Shown here: one piece after another, positions 26,315 to 40,084 of the stretch
How positions within the stretch are numbered: the first letter of the stretch is position 1
Layout: each line of letters starts with the position of its first letter
Assembly: GCF_006345805.1 (NCBI RefSeq)
Contig: NC_043020.1
Location: 16,802,001-16,866,000 of the forward strand
Source of the DNA: Octopus sinensis
Lineage: Eukaryota
DNA: 64,000 nucleotides
Direction: 5' to 3'
Notes under the pieces: generated by a model
Databases searched by the model: none
Seen by the model: the letters and a program-made list of their open reading frames with translations, nothing else
What the model was told of the DNA's origin: nothing
Position numbers and translations under genes: made by a program

Positions 26315-26363
<49 letters not shown>

Positions 26364-27353
26364 GATGATGAGCTGGCAGAATTTTTAACACACTGGGCAA
26401 AATGTTTAGTGGCATTTTTTTAGTCTTTACATTTTAAGTTCAAATTCTGCTGAGGTTGACTTTGCCTTTCATCTTTTCAGGCTCCTTAAATGAAGTACCA
26501 GTGGAACACTGGGATAGGTGTAATTGATTAGTCCCCTCCCCACAAAATTTCAGGTCTTGCGCTTTTAGTAGAAAGGATTATTATTGCCTAATGTGTCTAG
26601 AAATGTGGTCAAACTCAGATCCACATTTGTAAAGTGAATTTCTTAACCACATGGTTATGCCTTCACCCATATATTTCCAAAAGTTATTTAAACAAAGTTT
26701 TTGAGAAACATAACATCTCAGGCAGAAACCCATTGATGAAAATTCATTTTCCTCATGACAAAGTAATTCATTCCACTTAGTGAACATTCTATATTTATTT
26801 ACTAACTTCTGACACTGACCACCATCGCTAGTTTCCTCGGACTCCACCATTTCACTTCCATAATTTATATGATCAATGTTAAGTTGAAATTACTCATCAG
26901 TTAATAATAATAATTTATCTAATAATCTCTAAGACTGGCTGCAGTTTGAGGAAATATTTATTTTCTTACTTCATGTTACCATTAATCTATTGTCTGTTTG
27001 CTTTTTTCATCAGATTATTCTGTATATATGATCACATTGTTGAGATATATTTTAATGATCAAAGTAATCCGCAGAATTCTTTCACAAATTAAATTGATCT
27101 GTGTCTCTCCCCACCCTCTCTCTCTCTCAATTTAACCATCATAAATCAGAAAACTTATTGATCTCATATAATTTTCTTGAAGAACCATTTCTTAGTATTT
27201 TATTTTACTCAATTCAACTATCATCTGGTCAATTTCAATTCAGTCTATTTCAGAATATAGTTAGGTATATTCTTACAAGTTATGAGCTAGATAATTAAAA
27301 TATCAACTTACAGGCGTAATATAAACATATATATTACTGATATTGTCAATTGT

Positions 27354-27457
27354 ACCATCAGTTTCACAACTTAAAACAATTCTAGATTATATTAATATTG
27401 TCTGCACCATCAGTTTCACAACTTAAAACAATTCTAGATTATATTAACGTTGTCTGC
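27354..27457. repeat. 52-bp tandem duplication
   Basis: accatcagtttcacaacttaaaacaattctagattatattaa..ttgtctgc at 27354 and 27406. Confidence 0.9.
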
Positions 27458-27692
27458 CAACAAAAATTCATCTCACTTTCCCTGTAATGTTTGCAAGACA
27501 ATGTTTTAATGTTGTTCTGTTTGGTGATTTACCTAAATCACTACGTAAATATAAACTGAGGAAATCTTATACACTGTAGAATAAAAAAATAAAACTGCTA
27601 AAATTCCATACCATACCAGCTTCCATCACTCAGGATATTAAATAAAGGGTGAAACACTTATAGTATGCAAATTAATTGTTTTCAGCTCTCTG

Positions 27693-27996
27693 AATGTTAT
27701 ATGATAATAGTTTTAATTTTACAGTATTTCTTAAAATATGATTCCACTCTAATTATGCAATGGGTAAATGTTGTATCCTGAAATTTGTCTAAACTACAAT
27801 TTTTATATTAAATCAAAGAATTCAATTTGGGGAGCCAAACAATATATTTCACAAAGGATTCCTAATTTTAACACCTGGAACAGTCTATCAAATATAAATG
27901 CCTATTTCTAAAACAAAATCTATTTTATATAAATATGTCCTTTAGCTATATGTTAGCAAGTTAATAATAACAGTACCCAAATCACTATTCAAAAAT
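27693..27996 (+). repeat. 304-bp dispersed direct duplicate of 35081-35384
   Basis: Offset 7388; one mismatch seen (gataatag vs gatcatag). Confidence 0.95.
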
Positions 27997-28149
27997 AGTA
28001 TGTTACCCTACCCTTTACTTGTATAAGTAAAACAGATTAGTTGCTTATTTCCCTGGAATTGGACAAATAATGTGAACACATCTGATGAAACCCCAATAAA
28101 AGTTAAAAATTGATTAAGGTTGTTCATCATTTTTCACTCTTCATAATTA

Positions 28150-28715
28150 ATTTGGATTTTGCCTAGAAAGTTATGCTCCAAGACACAAGTCCAGGCAAGG
28201 TTGTTTTTGAAAGACTAGCAGTCAGCCTTGCATGTTGTCCAAGAGAAAGGCAAAGGCCAATACAGCTTGGCATCAGTGACATCATAACTCCTTCCTCTGC
28301 TGACTGAACTGGAGCAACATGATATAAAACGGCTTTCTCAAGAACACAACACACAGCCCAGTCCAGGAATTGAACTCATTATTGTAAACCCAACACTCTA
28401 ACCACTGAGCCATGTAAAGATGCATGGTTTAGTGGATCATAACATCATGGGTTCGATTCCCAGCAGCATGTTGTGTCCTTGAGCAAGACTTTACTTCATG
28501 TTGTTCCAGTTCACTCAGCTGGCAAAAGTGAGTCATACTTGTATTTCAAAGGACCAATCTTGTTACATTCTCTGTCACACCGAATCTCCCAGAGATCTAT
28601 ATTAAGTGTACGTGTGTTTGTGGAGTGCTCAGCCACTTGCACACTAATTTCACAAGCCGGGTGTTCCATTCATCAGATCAACTGGAACCTTCAATGTCAT
28701 AACAGATGGAGTGCC
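28150..28715. mobile_element. Two SINEs head-to-head: minus copy about 28150-28415 and family B plus copy 28417-28715
   Basis: Both have tRNA-like heads (tggctcagtggttag; tggtttagtgg...gggttcgattccc) and a gtccttgagcaagac-type box. Family B also at 37678-37975(-), 51897-52217(+), fragments at 19110-19378, and a related head at 63361-63510. Confidence 0.8.
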
Positions 28716-31187
28716 TGTTTTTATAGTAGTTAAATTAGCCTTGTTTGTACATTTTCTATGTAGGTTTACATATCTATTTTTTAACGCTAATTCTAGCTAC
28801 TAATCCAGATATAATATAAAATACAATAATTGAAGAAATGTTCACCATTGTCATCATTACACCCAGTTTCCTCATCTAACACCCATGAGACGACATTGTC
28901 AATCTGGCTATTAAACATTAGAAATTTTATTATATATGATATTTGTCTCAATCAAGCCTGGATCATACTTCTTGGCCAATCATTTTTGTGTATTTTATAT
29001 GGAAATATATGTGAACTAGAGCATAATTCATTCCAAGTTTCTTATGGACCAATCTCTACTTTACTACATTTCTGGCTGTGAGTGTGACACAGGATCGTCT
29101 GTAACTCAGTGGAATTTGTGTGACAAGCACTGATTTATCACTAATATAAAGTGAAAAAAACACACAAACTTGCATAAAATATATGTGTGTGTGTGATGTG
29201 CTTCTATGCAGCTTCAGGCTATGGTACCAGTTACGCACTGGGGTCGATGTAATCGACTTAATCCGTTTGTCTTCTCTGTGTTTAGCCCCTTGTGGGTAGT
29301 AAAGAAATAAGTAGTTGCCCATAATACTTTGCACTGGGATCAAAACCTTGTGGCTGAGATGCAATTTTCTTAACCAAATACCCATATCTGAACCCTTACT
29401 CAGTTACTCGACCATAGAACCACTAATGAGAAGTGTTATACTGCATAGTAGCAGTGTAATTTAAGGTACAACAGATCTAGTATTCACATTGTAATGTCTA
29501 AATCTGTTGTATGAATATGAAGTTTAACAATGTATGTATGTTAGCATCATTATCACTGTTTTTGAATTTCACACTCATTCACAGATCTTGCATAAACTAA
29601 TTATATTATCATTAACACCTCAGTCTTTGATGGAGAGTTTATTGCTCTTTCAATACTTGAAGTGTAAATTTACCTTCATTGTGTAAATTTACCTCTGTTT
29701 TTGTGTCAAGTCTGCATATTTCTCGATGTTTTTCTACTTGTTTAACTGAATAATTTTATAGCTTCAGCTAGAGAATTTGATTATTCATATCAATCAGCAG
29801 AGGTGGTTGGTGATGATGATCTATCATGATTAGATACACAGTCTGTATTTGAAAACTGAGACATTTACTTAATCTAGATGTGTTCAAAAGCAATATCGAA
29901 CCTTGTAGGATTTTAAGTGAACACACACACAAGTAGTGAACTAGTGAAGAAGCCTACTTACCAGTCATGTGGTCTTGGGTTCAGTCCCACGGTGTGGCTT
30001 TCTGGGCAAGTATCTTCCACTATAAACCCAGGCTGACCAAAGCATTGTGGGTAGATTGGGTTTACAGAAATTGAAAAAAGTCTGTCATATATGTGTGTGT
30101 TTGTTTATACTCTTGTCTAGACATCACATGATGATTATAAATGAACAGAACCATGATACAAGTGAGGTTGTTTGTTTCCAGTCTTCTGTGAAAAAACATG
30201 CATAAGTATAGGAAAATATTATCCTACTTAGAAACAGGTAAAGGATGGTAACAGGAAGGTATCAAGCTGTAGAAAATCTACCTCAATAAGTTCAATCTGA
30301 CCCATGCCAGCATAGAAAAGTGGACGTTAAATGAGGATGATGATAATTATAATAATAATAATAATAACAAAATATGTACAGTCTATAAGTGTTCACCAAT
30401 TAACCATAAACTGCTTTACTTAGGTTACCCATAAACTACTTATGTTAAAAGCAGTATAATTTATTTTCAATTTATAAGGGGAAAATATTTTAATTCAGTT
30501 TTCAAGCCAAAACTAAAAGCTTTAGTATCAACCACAGAACAATATTTTCTGACTCCCCCACATCACCACCACTTTATAACTATTGTTCATTGATAACACG
30601 TTGAAATGGAAAGAAACCAAGTTAGAGATAATGGCTAAGTATTAGTGTAATGAGAAGCGAACATCTTGATACTTTCTTTCGTGAAGACTAAGGTTATTCA
30701 TTTTGATTTGCTGGAAGTTTTTTTTTTCTGTAATATATGTACTGCTTTCTTAGTAATCAATGTACATTGATTAGCATCAGGGATATATTGCTAAAAGCAA
30801 ACTGAAACCAGATAAATAGTGGAATGAGAAATGAAAAAGAAATTGAAGAAAAATTTCTCTGAGCAAGAAAATTATTGTCTTTTTTATTGAGGCTTTTTAT
30901 TATTATTATTATTATTATTATTAATATCATTATTATTATTTAAGGCAGTGAGCAGGTAAAAACCATTAGCATGCCAGGTGAAATCCTTAGCAGCATTTTG
31001 TCCATTTTTACATTCTGAGTTCAAATTTCATCGAGGCTGACTTTGCCTTTCATCGTTTTGGGATTGATAAATTGAGTATTAGTTCTGGAGATCAATGTAA
31101 TCATCTAGTCCCCCACCACCACCACCCTCAAAATTTCAGACCTTATGCCTTTAGTAGAAAGGATTATTATTATTATTATTATTATTA

Positions 31188-31224
<37 letters not shown>

Positions 31225-32094
31225 GTGTGCTGATAGAATCTTTAAAGTGATGGGCAAAATGCTTTGTGGTATTTCATCCATCAAATTCCACCAAGGTCAG
31301 CTTTGCCATTCATCCTTCCAGGGTTGATAAAATAAGTACCAGTTGAACATTGAGATTGATGCAATCGACTTAGCCCCTCCCCTGAAATTTCTGGTCTTGT
31401 GCCAAAATTTGAAACCATTATTATTATCTTATAATATTATAATCTTATCTTATCTTTGGAAATCATTTACAGATCAATTAATTTTGGAAAGAATTCTACT
31501 TCTTATTTTTAAATGTCTATTTGTACATTTCTTTTGGTTTATGTGCTTCATTATTTCATGAGTTAAATACTTTGTAAGAAATTAACTCCAAAACAATAAG
31601 GAATCTAACTAAAAATTATTTTAAATATCTAATTCTATATGTTGCTAAATAAATATATTTAGTTTACTTTCACTCTCATAATATCCTAATAAACAATAAA
31701 ATGTATTTGATTTGTTAATGTTATCAGTTTAAATATAACAACAATTAGAAATAATTTTGTATTTAATTTTCACTCTTAAATTATCTCGCTTTGATAAATA
31801 TTTAACTTTAATTAGTTTACAGTTAATTGATATCCAGAAACTGAGGAAAGTTTAATAACACTAATCATAAATATACTTAATTTTAATGACTATTTCTTCT
31901 TATTATTATTACATGTAACATTTCAAACATTAGTTTCTCTCTCTGTCTCTTTCTCCACACACACACAAATGGTTTTCATTGTTCTTCCGGCTGTATCAAC
32001 TAACTTTTGTTCTCTAACAAACACATCAGTTACAACTAAATTTCTTACTTTGAAATTCCAGTGGTCCTACATCTCAATGTTAGTAATGGAAATT

Positions 32095-32146
<52 letters not shown>

Positions 32147-32150
<4 letters not shown>

Positions 32151-32490
32151 AATCGAATTGAACCAGCCAGGATCCCTGGTCTGGTGGTACGTAAAAAGCA
32201 CTATCCGACTCGTGGCCAATGCCAGCACCGCCTCGACTGGCTTCCGTGCCGGTGGCACATAAAATACACCAATCCGACCGTGGCCATTGCCAGCCTCACC
32301 TGGCACCTGTCACGTAAAAAGCACCCACTACACTCACGGAGTGGTTGGCGTTAGGAAGGGCATCCAGCTGTAGAAACATTGCCAGATTAGACTGGAGCCT
32401 GGTGCAGCCTTCTGGCTTCCCAGATCCCTGGTCGAACCGTCCAACCCATGCTAGCATGGAGAATGGACGTTAAACGATGATGATGATGAT
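32147..32490 (+). mobile_element. Family E SINE-like element
   Basis: Ends ccaacccatgctagcatggagaatggacgttaaacgatgatgatgatgat; antisense partner of 16251-16603. Confidence 0.8.
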
Positions 32491-32569
32491 ATATACCTCT
32501 CTCTATATCTTTCTCTCTCTCCTTATCCATTTATCCATCTCCCCTCCCTCTCCCTTTCCCCTCATCTAG

Positions 32570-32619
32570 ACTCCAATTTGCAATGTACTTTTAATACCAC
32601 AGCCATTGCCATGTACCAG
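32570..32619 (+). CDS. STXBP5: Candidate 50-nt cassette exon (phase 0 to 2, TPICNVLLIPQPLPCT+AG)
   Basis: Long C/T tract ending ctcatctag|, CAG|gtaaca donor, open in phase 0; sits in the 5' arm of a hairpin; no homology support. Confidence 0.35.
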
Positions 32620-35080
32620 GTAACAACTGTACAAGGTGTCGTTAACCTGATCCACTGTTACCTGGTGCTTGGCAAGTGTCAACAATTGTCTGGGTATTGA
32701 ACATTGCAAATTGGTGCACCTGTGAAGAGGCTAACATCAAGATGAAGGACCTAAAAGTATTTGTCAAAATGACATATTTTATATAGCAGAGACTGAGTAT
32801 AATATACTACATAGAACAATGAAAATCAGGCAAATACCAAAACTTATTATTTCATTGTTAACTTTAAGGAAGATTTAACATAGTTCTACTTGAGATAATG
32901 TAATTAAGAGTTTCTACAGATAGTTTAATCAAATTTCTCAAATTTCAAAGCAGGTAAACATTTAGAAATAAATGTTATTAAAACTTATCAAAGTTTTTAT
33001 GAAACAAATATTTCAAAAAAGCATCAGTAATAGAATTTCATTCTCAATTTATAAACTTTTTTTCAAGACATTTGCTTCTGAGAAAGGAATGTCTTTACAT
33101 TTGGTGGAGTGGAGGTTTGCTGGAAAACATTATTTAAAAAATTATATAAATATCAAAGAATATGATAATTTGGGTTTGAATCAATAAATAATTGCCTAAT
33201 TATTTTGTAATTTTATTTTAATTACTTTGAAGATCTAATCATTTTTTTCTCTAAACCTAAAGGAAACACATCCTTACAAAAATAAATTATTGAACTTCTC
33301 AATCCTTTCATTTTGTAATTAGACAATTAATTTGAGAAGATATTCAAAGATATTAACTTTCAGAATTATGCAGAATGTCAATACACATTAGAATTTTATG
33401 ATTTCGAGAATTTTATCTTTCTTTTGAAACCAACGACAAATGTTTCTTAAATATTTACTTTTACAAATTTTCTGAGCATTGTTACTTTGCTAATTTTATA
33501 CTTTATTATGGTAATTTTTTATTTATTTTTTTTTCTTTCTTTGTTGCCAGTGAAGTATTTGGTCAGAATAGTTGGCATTTTGTAAATTACTTTTCAGTTA
33601 TGTCTTGATCCTTTGTGATTTTTTTTTTCTTCCATTTTCCTAGTAACCTTCATTGTTATGTGTTCTATTGACCTTTTATCAAAGGTTAGGCTATGTAATA
33701 CCAAGATACTTATTTTTGTTATGTTTGTTAATGAAAAGTAATAGATTTAAAGGAAAAATAATTATTTCTATCTTGTTTTCAAGCTAAAAAAAAAAAAGGA
33801 AAAAGTCCTAAGAAAATTGATCAGAGCTATTGTCATTTATGTGTAATAATGTGTATTGGGCATGAACTTAGCTGTTTATATTTAAAATCAAACCCATTAC
33901 AAGTTCTGGGAATATTAACCAAAAGATATTGTGACCTGAAGAAAATGTAGATTCTGACATTTGGTCCAAGAATTGTTTGCAAAGACCAAAGATATGATTC
34001 CACAAAGGAAAGTCAATTCAACCTGCTGGCAGCATAAGGTTCATTTTTTTTCCTGACCAATGAATGGTATTGCAACAGTCATACCCTTTAAAGCATCTAC
34101 TTTTCCTATTATATATATATATAGTTATAATAGTTATATATATATATAATCTGAGAGTGTTAATATTTATAAATTTTAAATATCCAAAGGATGTTAACTC
34201 TGATACTGCCAATCAAAAGTTTGATAAACTCCAAAATTACTTAATTAATTTCTTAGATTATGATATCCTCAAGTTTAATCTCTGCTATAAAAGATAAAAC
34301 ACCATTAAAATAGTAATGATTATCTGTTCAAATAAATCTAAATTTTCTTGACCTAGAAATAAAGATAAAGTTTTGGTGATGCTAACTCTTCATTTTGACA
34401 AAAATTTCATATTTTTCCAGCAAAAAAATTCAAAATTACAAATTTACCAAAATTCTAAACTGTCTGTGCATAATCTGATTAATTGATCTTATGAAATTAA
34501 GTATTAAATTACTCGACATTTTGTTGGTTTTCTTTTTTTTTTTCTATCTAAATGTATTAGCTTTTTATAATATCGACACAATAACAACATCAATTGTTAA
34601 TAACATCACATCTGTATTGCATAGTGTAATGTAGATTATAATATATTATTGATATTCTGGTAACCTTTGCTCTAATTGAATAATTCTAACTATAAAAACA
34701 AGATGACCTATCTGTAGAAACATTCTTGACATTATCTTATCTCTAAATAATGTTATATATTGATAAAAATTCTTATCTAATGCTAGAGAAATCTTTTAGG
34801 AAACTTACATTGTTTTAAAATATACATATATTTTCTCAAATCTTTCTTTACAATTTAATATACTTTGCTTTAAGTTTTGTTTAAATTCTACAAAATCTCT
34901 TTATATTTTCATATTTCAAGTTTATATTTCTTCTTAAATATATTATTCTTTAAATAAAAATAATAATCCAAACAGATATTGGAATCATAATATTATATAC
35001 CATTCATAAATTAATGTTTATTTTTTCAGTTAAATTTATGTTTCTTTAACTCAATTTTAGCTTTGTTCAGTATAATGTTA

Positions 35081-35384
35081 AATGTTATATGATCATAGTT
35101 TTAATTTTACAGTATTTCTTAAAATATGATTCCACTCTAATTATGCAATGGGTAAATGTTGTATCCTGAAATTTGTCTAAACTACAATTTTTATATTAAA
35201 TCAAAGAATTCAATTTGGGGAGCCAAACAATATATTTCACAAAGGATTCCTAATTTTAACACCTGGAACAGTCTATCAAATATAAATGCCTATTTCTAAA
35301 ACAAAATCTATTTTATATAAATATGTCCTTTAGCTATATGTTAGCAAGTTAATAATAACAGTACCCAAATCACTATTCAAAAAT
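35081..35384 (+). repeat. Second copy, probable source, of the 304-bp duplicate
   Basis: See 27693-27996; the 18-mer following the first copy matches 35739-35756. Confidence 0.95.
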
Positions 35385-35672
35385 TATTTGAAAGAACATC
35401 ATCCCTTTATCAAGGCAGCTAAGAACTGATGTTATTTCTCAGCATTTTATTGGTAGTCAGCCTCATGCTGATAGCAGGTTTCTAAGGATTGCTGAAAATA
35501 GAAGATTTAAGCAATTCTTCAATGGCAGTTTGGACTGTGTAGTTTGTATTGCTACTCTGAACGTTATTTATATTCCCAGCTTCCCAAGAACTAACTTCCA
35601 TGAATCCTTGTCTTTTTTCCATTCCCACAAAAATGGGAATATACATGTGTACATAGGCAACTCTGTGTGTGC

Positions 35673-35715
<43 letters not shown>

Positions 35716-37413
35716 ATATATATATGTATATGTATGTATATGTTACCCTACCCTTTGTACATCCTCCGACCCTTGCTTTTTTTAATTTCATTTTTGTTCA
35801 TAGTGCTTGGATTTGTTTTAAAATCTTGCAGTTCTTGATCTGAATGTTGTTAGAGATTTATTTAAATTTCTTTTCATTTATTCTATAGCAGTCAGCATGA
35901 ATTATGAAACATTTATTTCTTTTGAATATTTTTTTTTATTCCATTAATTACCTGTCTATTTATTTTAGCTATTTATTGCACTTTATCAAATCACTTTTTT
36001 ATATTTCTTTGTTATTTTTTTAAACCACTGATTTCATATTTGCTCTTTATAAGCTTGCTTATGTAATTTTCGTTTGGGGCAATATATAAATCTTAATTGT
36101 TGTTAAACCAGAGAAATGATCAGTTAATTTTTTTCTTTCTCACCAAATTCCATGTACGTGTGTAGATGGCTTGATTCTAGCCAACTCTGTATGGTATCTA
36201 TTTCAAATTATAGAACTCTTAATTTGGTTTTTGGCTTTATAAATACATAAACAGAAAATAAGAAAAATTATTAACTGATAACATGTTTGAAATATTTGGT
36301 TCATAATTCATAGATGCTCAACAAATTAAAATTTTTAATTTATTATATCTTAATGATATAAGCTTTTGAGAAAACTCAATAGAATAATTCTGCTCTGCCA
36401 GTATAATACTGCTGGTGTAAAACTTATTTATATGTTAATACATACTTTTCTTTTTTGTTCATATGTTCTCTTTATCATAATGTTTTGCACTTTAAGAAAC
36501 TCTTTGGAATAATTTTATTAGTTTAGAATTGGATTTCTTATACATTCAGAATGCAAGAATGCAACACTTCTGTTTCACATGCTTGCTTATTCCTTCATAT
36601 ATATATAATTATATATATGTATATATTCACTGAATCACTCTTTTAAAATCCCTGTTCTCTTTATTTTGTTTGTGTTCATACATTTTTCTCTAAAATGCAT
36701 ATATTTCGAGAATTATCTCAAAATCAGAAAAATGAACTTGAAAAAAAATTAGTTTCAAAAAAAGTACTTTGAGGAATAACAGATAAGTTAAGATATTGAC
36801 TGGAAAACAATGATAGAAGGTTGGGATGGGGTTTTTGTTTCCTTTTTTTTTTTTCAGTGTTTTCTTTGTGTTTTTTTTTTTTTTGTTTGGTTTGGTTTTT
36901 TTTTTTTAACCATAATCTAATACTTGTTTGTATAGAAAATATCAACAGCTGTTTGGAAATGTAGGAAAGTGATATTAATAATTGTCAAACTTGATTCAGC
37001 CTTCATGATAAAGTCAGATTGTTTTGACTTTGTGTAATCTCAATCAATTTCAAGTGTTTTATAGGAAAGCAATAATATTGAAAAACAATTACATCAGCAA
37101 TCAATACCACAAAAGTTCAAATTTAGAAAGTATGAAACACATGAAAAGTTTCAACCAGTGTAACCATTGTTGTTAACCTTTCAATTCAACAACATTGAAC
37201 TGTCAGATTATCGATTAGTAAAACTGATTAATATATTTATTAATCTACTCTATCAACAATTTAATTCTAATTTCTATATCTTTTACATGAGCTTCAAAAC
37301 AGATTAAAATATGCATACTGCATATATTAATCTTTCATATCCTTTATAGCCTTCATTTACTGTAATTATAACCTTGGGAGTTTAGTGCTTATCTCAAGGT
37401 GTTTTTTGTTTAA

Positions 37414-37623
37414 CCCTTTCATTACCAAACCGGCTCTGGCTCCGAGTACAAATGTCTTGTTTTCATAAGTTCTCAATTAAAATCTTCCACCAAACCTTAG
37501 TCACAATTTATGTTCCTAACACTAGCTTAATGATAACCAAGTAATTTTACTAAATTCTTTGTTATATTTAAAGTAATTAAAAGAAACACAGAGCATCTCA
37601 AAATAAACACAGTAACGAAAGGG
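37414..37623. mobile_element. piggyBac-type MITE, same family as 18461-18681
   Basis: TTAA|ccctttcattac...gtaacgaaaggg|TTAA with a highly similar body. Confidence 0.9.
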
Positions 37624-38261
37624 TTAATTAAATTATTTGACTCTGTTCACTTAATTGGTTAACTAGCTTTCTGTCAGTTACAACAACAAGGGTTCCAGTT
37701 GATCTGAACAATGGATTAACCTGCTCATGAAATTAACGTGCAAGTGGCTGAGAATTCCACAGACATGCATACTCTTAATGTAGTTCTTAGCATGACACAG
37801 AATGTGACAAGGCTGACCCTTTGAAGTACAGGTACTACTCATTTTCGCCAGCTGAGTGGACTGGAGCAAGGTGAAATAAAGTGTCTTGCTCAAGGACACA
37901 ATGTGCCACTTGGAATTGAACTCACAACCTTACAACCGTGAGCTGAATACCCTAACCACTAAGCCACGTGTCTTGGTTAAATGTTGATATAATTCTGTGT
38001 TTTTGAACCATCAGTAGTTTTAGTTTGTTTTTGTTTGTTTTTCTTTCTGCATATATCACAGTTTGTGTTTGCAAACAACAGCTTCATTGGTTAAAGGTTC
38101 CCAATGTGCCAATTATTGGTTCACAGTATTTTTAGTGGGAAGAGTAACAAATGCAAGTCTGGATGACTCAGATGAAATAAGTACCAAAAGTATTTTTGTT
38201 CCATGCACTGGTTATTATTTCCTCCTCAATCTATGAATATATCTCGTGCTTCACAACTATA

Positions 38262-38311
38262 CATACATACATATATATATATAATATACAATATACATAT
38301 ATATAATATAC

Positions 38312-38342
<31 letters not shown>

Positions 38343-38598
38343 ATATACATAATATATATATATAATACATATATATATATATACATACATATATATATAT
38401 AATAATACATATATATATATATATACATACATATATATATAATATACATATATATATAATATACATATTATATATATATATATAATATACAATATACATA
38501 CATATAATATACATATATATATATATATATACATACATATATATATATAATATACATATATATATATATATACATACATATATATATATATAATATAC

Positions 38599-38639
<41 letters not shown>

Positions 38640-38710
38640 CATATATATGTATGTATGTTTGTATGCCTGTATGTATATGCATATATATGTATACATACAT
38701 ACACACACGT
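38262..38710. repeat. Compound (TA)n/(TACA) microsatellite
   Basis: Direct reading. Confidence 0.95.
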
Positions 38711-39300
38711 ACTTACACAAACATATATGATAGGCATCCACATAGTTACCATCTACCAAATTTCATCCACAAGGCATTGATCAACTTGAGGCTATAGTAG
38801 AAGACACTTGCTCAAGGTGCTGTGCAGTTATATTCAGACCTACAACTACATGGTTTCAAAGAGAGTTTCTTGCACCCGTGTTGTTCCATAAATCTTCATA
38901 TCTCAGACAAGACCCTTTTGGATTTCATTAAGACTGCATTTATCCAGCTGTATCCTATTGAAGTTTGCAAACTGCTTATCCAGTATCATACTTTTATATC
39001 TTCAGTCTCCATCACACACATTTAACTACTTCACTTGTATTCAATTAACAAATTAATTAAAGTAAATGAAGCAGCATCATAGTGAAGTATACCTAAGGTG
39101 TGTTATATTATTATTATTTGGGAACAACTATATTTCTAATTGACAGCTTCTCATGAAAACGCTTTGTTTTTTCAATTTTTAGATAATTTTCTAATCTATG
39201 CATTTGTTGTCTGTTTTGTTTTTTTTTTATCCTTTTTCATCTTAATTTTCTTTTTTCCTAATTTGCATTTTAGTTTGTACACTACTCCCTTATTTTCCAG

Positions 39301-40084
39301 TCCCTCCTCCCCCTGGCAAGTCATCCTCGGCCTGCGAGTAGTGGCTCTACTCCCTGTGGTGGTGAGGAGGAGGAGGAGCAGCAGCTGGTGCACCACCTCC
39401 CCCACACACAAACACCTCAAGTAGCCATTGAACCAACTCCGATGACTACCAAAAGCTACTTATCAAGTGAGTCGATTTGCGAAAAAACTGACAGCACAAA
39501 AGATAACAACGAGACTTGGACAATAATCGAGGTAGAAACAGAACAGAGTGAATCACAGACTGAAGAATCAGTCAGCTTTCACGTAATGCCACCAGTGAAG
39601 ACGGTACCACATCGAACAAAATCAAACAAACTGCCTAAACCAAGTGAGGCTGTGACGCCAATAAAACGCTCCCCATCAGAGTCTAATATTAGAAAACGGA
39701 ACTCTCCTAAAGATGATGATTCTCTATTTTGTAGTAGTTCATCTAGTCGAAACCTTCATGAAAATCGCAATTGTATATCAAGGGAAGCTTACTCAGATGT
39801 AAATTTAACCCAATCTATTCCCGACACCAATATTACTAGTCCCGGTGCCAATTGCAAGGATTCAGAAACATCAATACTACGGAAAATGAGCTCCAGTCTG
39901 AAAGCCTTATCGATTAAAGTGAGAGGCAGCTTGCTTGATGTAGGACATGATACTCGTAAATATAAGCCCCCTCGACGTTTCGGTGATATTGGCAAAGTTG
40001 ATGTAATTGATCTCACAAAGGAAAATGAATGTTCTCACAAAAGACACATGAGCCGAAGTGAAATATTCAAGGGACTGTTTGTAG
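39301..40084 (+). CDS. STXBP5: Large low-complexity, probably alternative tomosyn hypervariable-region exon (784 nt, about 261 aa; alternative donor after 40080)
   Basis: Acceptor cccttattttccag|TCC, phase 0 and compatible with the 21442 donor. Uninterrupted S/T/E/K/P-rich frame SLLPLASHPRP...EIFKGLFV ends at TAG|gtatgt, in a GC-elevated island within AT-rich intron. Assignment to tomosyn rests on position and phase, not homology. Confidence 0.75.

Noticed and set aside
21634-27457. CRISPR-like interpretation of the 21-bp and 52-bp repeats
   Set aside because: Units are contiguous without unique spacers, there are no cas genes, and the context is eukaryotic intron
39140-40016. Overlapping ORFs 39140-39424(+), 39196-39420(-) and 39789-40016(-)
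   Set aside because: Shadow frames of the large tomosyn exon and its pyrimidine tract; no independent support
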